Shown: in pieces, positions 44,987 to 49,221 of the stretch
How positions within the stretch are numbered: the first letter of the stretch is position 1
How the letters are laid out: every line of letters begins with the position of its first letter
From: Candidatus Aminicenantales bacterium
Lineage (GTDB): Bacteria; Acidobacteriota; Aminicenantia; Aminicenantales; Saccharicenantaceae
Reading direction: 5' to 3'
Assembly (NCBI GenBank): GCA_049512315.1
Contig: JBEKXF010000008.1
Span: forward strand, 62,001 to 111,221
Length of the DNA: 49,221 nucleotides
The notes under the pieces: generated by a model
Seen by the model: the letters and a program-made list of their open reading frames with translations, nothing else
Database searches by the model: none
What the model was told of the DNA's origin: nothing
Position numbers and translations under genes: made by a program

Positions 44987-45571
44987 ATGGACGAGCAAGA
45001 GCTGATCCGCCGGGTTCAGGACGGAGACGAGCGGGCGTTTGCCCAGATCATGGCTCTTTACAAGGACAAGATCGTGAACTACCTGTACCAATTCACGGGC
45101 GATTATCAGAAGGCCGTGGAATTGTCCCAGGAGACCTTCGTCCGGGTCTATTTCAAGGCCGACAAGTACCGGCCGATTGCGCCCCTGTCCTCCTGGATCT
45201 ACACCATCGCCTCCAACCTGGCCAAGACCGAGGCCAAGAGGGCGAAGCGGATGGCGACGGTCTCCATCGACGAGGTCGTCAACCATTATTCCGCCGGGAC
45301 CTATTACGAGGACCCCGCCGATCCCGGTCTCACCCGGAACCTCCGCGAGGCCCTGAAGACGCTCCACCCCCGCTACCGCGTCCCGGTCGTCCTCAAGGAC
45401 ATGGAGGGCTTCTCCCAGGAAGAGATCGCCCGGATCATCAAGCGTCCCGTGGGAACCGTCAAGGCCAGGATCAGCCGGGGACGCGAGCAGCTTAAAAAAC
45501 AGCTGGAGAAGGCCCTGGAGGGGAAGGGCTATCCGGCCAAACAAGAGGTGAACGAGAATGGAAGGGCATGA
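44987..45571 (+). CDS. ECF RNA polymerase sigma factor
   Basis: GDERAF, ELSQETFVRVY, SSWIYTIASN, SQEEIARIIKRPVGTVKARISRGRE. Confidence 0.95.
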   Translation: MDEQELIRRVQDGDERAFAQIMALYKDKIVNYLYQFTGDYQKAVELSQETFVRVYFKADKYRPIAPLSSWIYTIASNLAKTEAKRAKRMATVSIDEVVNHYSAGTYYEDPADPGLTRNLREALKTLHPRYRVPVVLKDMEGFSQEEIARIIKRPVGTVKARISRGREQLKKQLEKALEGKGYPAKQEVNENGRA

Positions 45572-45965
45572 ACTACTGGGCAAGATGGACAAGGTGAAGG
45601 CGCCCGCGGACTTCGACGAGGGAGCCTTCACGAAGCTCGGCGAGGCCAGGCGGGCGCGGGTGCGGCGACAAGCGGCCTTCCGTTATGCTTTCGCCGGGTC
45701 GGCGGCCGTTCTCCTGATCGGTTTCGTGCTCCTGAACGTCCACGTCGTGAATACCCGGGCCGTCGCCGACAAAGGCCCCTCTGAAGCTCTGGCGAACCAG
45801 ACCTCGTTCTCCGGCCGCGCCGGCGACGGCGCCCCCAGGACCTATCTTCCTGTCCTGGAGACCGTGGACTACTCGAACGAGTTCCGGAACGTCTCCAATC
45901 AGCCGCAGACGGTTTACATACTGGAGCAGGTTTCCGAAGTCAGACCTACGGAAATCAAGTATTAG
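45558..45965 (+). CDS. Putative single-TM anti-sigma factor
   Basis: Overlaps the sigma gene end; VKAPADF motif followed by one TM helix. Confidence 0.7.
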   Translation: MEGHELLGKMDKVKAPADFDEGAFTKLGEARRARVRRQAAFRYAFAGSAAVLLIGFVLLNVHVVNTRAVADKGPSEALANQTSFSGRAGDGAPRTYLPVLETVDYSNEFRNVSNQPQTVYILEQVSEVRPTEIKY

Positions 45966-45980
45966 GAGGTTTTTCGAGCC

Positions 45981-47642
45981 ATGAACAGGATTTTTAGACC
46001 GGCTCTCGTGGTCATGGCTGTCCTGCTGGTTTCGACCCTGACCCTCAGGGCGTCGCCGGCTGGGACGGGTGCAAGCGAAAGGGATATCGCGGAAATCGCC
46101 AAAAAGGCCTTTCCATCGGTGGTCCGTGTCGAGGTGCATAACCACATGCATCGGGTGGCGACCGGGGTCGTCATCGACAAGGACGGCTACGTCGTCACGA
46201 CGGCCTTGATGTCGCCCCGGAACGAGAAGATCACGATCACGACCTCTGACGGCAGGACCATGGACGCCGAGTTCCTGGGGTTCGACACCGAGACCCAGCT
46301 GGCCGTTCTCAAGGCCAAGGACAAGGGCCTGCCCGCGCTCCCCACGGGGAACGCCGATGACCTATCCGCCGGCTCCTGGATCTGCGTCGTCGGGATCTCC
46401 CCCGAACGAACGGCGGCCGTCACTCAGGGGATCGTGAGTTCGGTCGCCGAGGACAGGCTCCGCCTGAACATCTGGGTGACCCCGGGCTCGAGCGGAGGTC
46501 CCGTGGTCGATGAGAAGGGACAGATGGTCGGGCTCCTCCGCGGGATCTACACGGAGGAAAAACCCGTTGTCTTCCAGTTCCGGGACAGGGAGCAGGCCGG
46601 CTCCGGGTTCGTGATGAGCCGGGCCGAAGCGCCGTCCTCGGGGATGGCCATCGCCGTTCCCATCGACGTCGTCCGGAGCGTCGCGGCGGAAATCCGGGAG
46701 AAAGGCAAGGTCCAGAGGGGCTGGCTGGGCGTCGGCGTCGCCATGAACGAGGCCGGCAAGGTGGAGATCGGAGGGATTGACCCCGAGAGCCCCGCCGAGC
46801 TGGCCAAGCTCAGCGAGGGGGACGTCATTCTCGCACTCGACGGCAAGAATATCGCGAGCTCCGACATGCTGGGGGCCGAGATCCGCAAGATGAAACCCGG
46901 CCAGACCATCGTCCTCAAGATCGAGCGGGACGGAAAGCCCATGGACGTCAAGGTGAAGCTCGGGGAATATAGCGAGGATAATGCCCGGAAGGAGATGGAG
47001 CTCCGCTTCCCGGGGATTTTCCCGCCCATGGCCCCTCCGGGAGGGCCCGATAGACCGCAGCCGCAGCCGTCGCCCCCCGGCCAGCCGCCGTCGGCCGGGA
47101 AGCAGATGCCTTTTCCCTCCATGGAAATGCGGAAGTACATCGGCGTTTACTGCAGGGAACTCAATCCCGAGCTGGCCGCCTATTTCGGCGTTAAGGAAGG
47201 GACGGGGCTCATCGTCGCCCGGCTGACCGAAAACGGCCCGGCCCAGAAGGCCAAGCTCAAGGTCGGCGACGTCATCGTCCGCGCGGACGGAAAACCCATG
47301 GAGTCGGCCAACGACCTCATCGACCTCATCCAGGACAAGAAGAAAGGCGACAAGGTCAAGGTCGAGATCCTGCGAGAAAAGAAACCCATGACCCTGGACG
47401 TCGTGGTCGAAGAAGAGAAAGTGAGCGGAGGCGTCCCGGGTTCCGGAGATTTCCGGAGCTTCCTCCAGTCCTGGCAGGGCTACTCCGACGGGTTCCAGAA
47501 TGAGCTCAGGAAATGGCAGAACGAATATGGCCCGGAGCTCAGGGCTAGCATGAAAAAGATCGACGGGGACCTCGCCCAAAGGAGCAAGGAATCATTCAGG
47601 GAAATCAAAGGCCTATTTAAACCCGTGCTGAAAAAGGTCTGA
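45981..47642 (+). CDS. HtrA/DegP-like protein with two PDZ domains; catalytic triad incomplete
   Basis: Signal peptide, PSVVRV, TGVVID.DGYVVT, TQGIVS, PGSSGGP, RGWLGV, two PDZ (SPAELAKLSEGDVI; GPAQKAKLKVGDVI); SD AGGAGG. Confidence 0.9.
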   Translation: MNRIFRPALVVMAVLLVSTLTLRASPAGTGASERDIAEIAKKAFPSVVRVEVHNHMHRVATGVVIDKDGYVVTTALMSPRNEKITITTSDGRTMDAEFLGFDTETQLAVLKAKDKGLPALPTGNADDLSAGSWICVVGISPERTAAVTQGIVSSVAEDRLRLNIWVTPGSSGGPVVDEKGQMVGLLRGIYTEEKPVVFQFRDREQAGSGFVMSRAEAPSSGMAIAVPIDVVRSVAAEIREKGKVQRGWLGVGVAMNEAGKVEIGGIDPESPAELAKLSEGDVILALDGKNIASSDMLGAEIRKMKPGQTIVLKIERDGKPMDVKVKLGEYSEDNARKEMELRFPGIFPPMAPPGGPDRPQPQPSPPGQPPSAGKQMPFPSMEMRKYIGVYCRELNPELAAYFGVKEGTGLIVARLTENGPAQKAKLKVGDVIVRADGKPMESANDLIDLIQDKKKGDKVKVEILREKKPMTLDVVVEEEKVSGGVPGSGDFRSFLQSWQGYSDGFQNELRKWQNEYGPELRASMKKIDGDLAQRSKESFREIKGLFKPVLKKV

Positions 47643-47660
47643 GGACCTACTCCTGTCTTC

Positions 47661-47697
47661 AGGGGGCTGTCCCGTGGGGGACGCCCCCCCTTTTTTT
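47661..47697 (+). terminator. Rho-independent terminator
   Basis: GGGGGCTGTCCC-GTG-GGGGACGCCCCCCC followed by T7. Confidence 0.85.
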
Positions 47698-47763
47698 ATC
47701 ATCAGTCATCGCGAGGCGTCTCGGCCGCGGCGATCTCAACCTTATGAGAACTATCCCCCTCGG

Positions 47764-48354
47764 CTATTCCTGGGTCAGCTTGAGCCATTGTTTCCTGAGG
47801 CGTTCGAATTCCCCGCCCGGGAGCCGGGATTTTTTGAGGAAGCCTTTAGCCTCCCGCTGCCGCAGGGCCTCGTACAGGATGACCGCGACGGAAACCGAGA
47901 GGTTGAGGCTCTGGACCATGCCGAGCATGGGGATCCGGACGATCGTGTCGGCGAACGCGAGGGATTCCGCGGAGATGCCTTCGGCCTCGCTGCCGAACAC
48001 GAGGGCCAGGGGCTTGGTATAGTCGATGTCCGTGTAGGGAACAGCCTCGGCCTCGAGGTGGGTGGCGACGACCATGAATCCCGCCTCTTTGAGCGGGGCG
48101 AAGCATTCGGCCGCCGTCCCGTGGACCCCGATCTCGAGCCACTTGTCCGCCCGGGTCGTGATGGCCTCGTTGAACCGGAGGAGCTCGGGGTTGGGGGAGA
48201 TGAGGTCCAGATGGAGGATCCCGGCGGCGTCGCAGGTCCGGATGACGGCGCTGGCGTTGTGGGCGATGGTCACGCCCTCGAGGACGACGCGCAGGTCGGG
48301 CTGACGGAGAGAGAGGACGCGGTTGACCCTTTCGATCCTTTCGCGCGTCGGCAC
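47764..48354 (-). CDS. trmH: tRNA (guanosine-18-2'-O)-methyltransferase (SPOUT)
   Basis: HNASAVIRTCDAAG, LVFGSEAEGIS, IPMLGMVQSLNLSVS...LYEALRQR. Confidence 0.92.
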   Translation of the reverse strand: MPTRERIERVNRVLSLRQPDLRVVLEGVTIAHNASAVIRTCDAAGILHLDLISPNPELLRFNEAITTRADKWLEIGVHGTAAECFAPLKEAGFMVVATHLEAEAVPYTDIDYTKPLALVFGSEAEGISAESLAFADTIVRIPMLGMVQSLNLSVSVAVILYEALRQREAKGFLKKSRLPGGEFERLRKQWLKLTQE

Positions 48355-48360
48355 GGGCCG

Positions 48361-48389
48361 ACTATATCAGACTCCCGGGGGCGATTCAA
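48361..48389 (-). promoter_or_regulatory. trmH promoter, probably leaderless
   Basis: TTGAAT-N17-TATAGT (extended TG) ending 6 nt before the GTG. Confidence 0.6.
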
Positions 48390-48453
48390 TTTCTGGCCCG
48401 GGACCGGCGGATATAGAAACGGCTCCTTTTTTATTGTATATTTGACCCGCCGT

Positions 48454-48542
48454 GCCGGTGTGGCGGAACAGGCAGACGCGCGGGACTCAAAATCCCGTCC
48501 GGGGCAACTCGGGTGTGGGTTCGATTCCCTCCACCGGCACCA
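48454..48542 (+). tRNA. tRNA-Leu (CAA)
   Basis: Acceptor GCCGGTG/CACCGGC, anticodon loop CTCAAAA, long variable arm, TTCGATT T-loop, encoded CCA. Confidence 0.95.
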
Positions 48543-48582
48543 GGTTTCCTCTGAATTACCTCCAATTGGGGTTCGTTTTCCT

Positions 48583-48642
48583 TTAAGCACCATTAAGCCA
48601 GATTAAGCGGGTTTAAGCACTTTTTGTGACGTATTTGTGACG
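48583..48642. repeat. Phased direct repeats resembling an integrative-element att arm
   Basis: TTAAGC x4 at exact 10-bp period (48583, 48593, 48603, 48613) and TTTGTGACG x2 (48623, 48634). Confidence 0.75.
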
Positions 48643-48922
48643 CGGCGGAGAGGTCTGTCTTTGGACCTTTTCGCTTTCTAAGGCCAGTTTCAGGTCCTCA
48701 AAAACCGGCAACACCCGACACCCCCTTGCCGGTCCAGTCGGAGAATCAGGACATCTTCGTCATACCTACAATACGATATCTATAGCTTTTTTTGGTCTAA
48801 GCAATTAGACGATTGTATCGATGAAGCTTGACAAAGAGGGACTCCTATTACGGAGGCCATAGTTCCATCTGCTCAAGAGTTTTTGTGTATGGCTATGTTG
48901 CCTTGGCAAGAATACACGTGCT

Positions 48923-49221
48923 GTCCTGGTGGTCCAACGGCCGAGGCTCCTCAGCGACAACGGGGCCTGCTTCATCTCTCATGAGTTGAAGAAATATCTC
49001 GAGACTCATGAGATCCGTCATGTTCGGACGAAGGTATATCACCCCATGACCCAGGGGAAGATCGAACGCTACCACCGGTCGATGAAGAATCTGATCCTGT
49101 TGGACAATTACTATGCCCCCGCCGAGCTGACCGAAAGGATCCGGGAGTGGGTGGAATATTACAATCACCAGCGGTATCACGAGGCCATCGACAACGTGAC
49201 CCCCGCGGACAAGTATTACGG
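48923..49221 (+). mobile_element. 5'-truncated DDE (rve) transposase fragment, IS3/IS481-like; runs off the window end
   Basis: VVQRPRLLSDNG...YHPMTQGKIERYHRSMKN...YYNHQRYHEAIDNVTPADKYY; in-frame TAG at 48860 upstream and no first catalytic Asp region. Confidence 0.85.

Noticed and set aside
47764..48542. Functional link between trmH and the divergent tRNA-Leu
   Set aside because: Adjacency alone; nothing in the sequence shows specificity
48613..48705. Minus-strand peptide VFEDLKLALESEK...YVTKSA* as an integrase C-terminal remnant
   Set aside because: Position fits, but no catalytic R-H-R-H-Y residues are visible; unsupported without a search

Overview
GC-rich bacterial chromosome segment. 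The gene content (carboxypeptidase-domain TonB receptor, GWxTD, sulfatase-TPR, DUF5916-like and S46 proteins) suggests an Acidobacteriota/Aminicenantes-like diderm anaerobe; this is inference. The left end is a Mo/W-cofactor neighbourhood: a TonB-dependent receptor whose 5' UTR looks like a Moco/Tuco riboswitch, mobB-thiF-ppnP, and an aldehyde:ferredoxin oxidoreductase-MoaD/ThiS-ALDH operon. Housekeeping genes follow (deoxynucleoside kinase, panBCD, guaB, secA, uvrBC, lipoate ligase, trmH, tRNA-Gly, tRNA-Leu). There is a sigma54-promoted large TonB receptor with sulfatase-like/TPR/GWxTD neighbours, and two divergent ECF sigma/anti-sigma operons, one encoding an HtrA that lacks its catalytic His and Asp. 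REP-like inverted repeats are scattered through intergenic regions, and one pair brackets an ATL gene. The right end has att-like repeats after tRNA-Leu and a truncated DDE transposase. All calls come from reading motifs by eye; no database searches were run.
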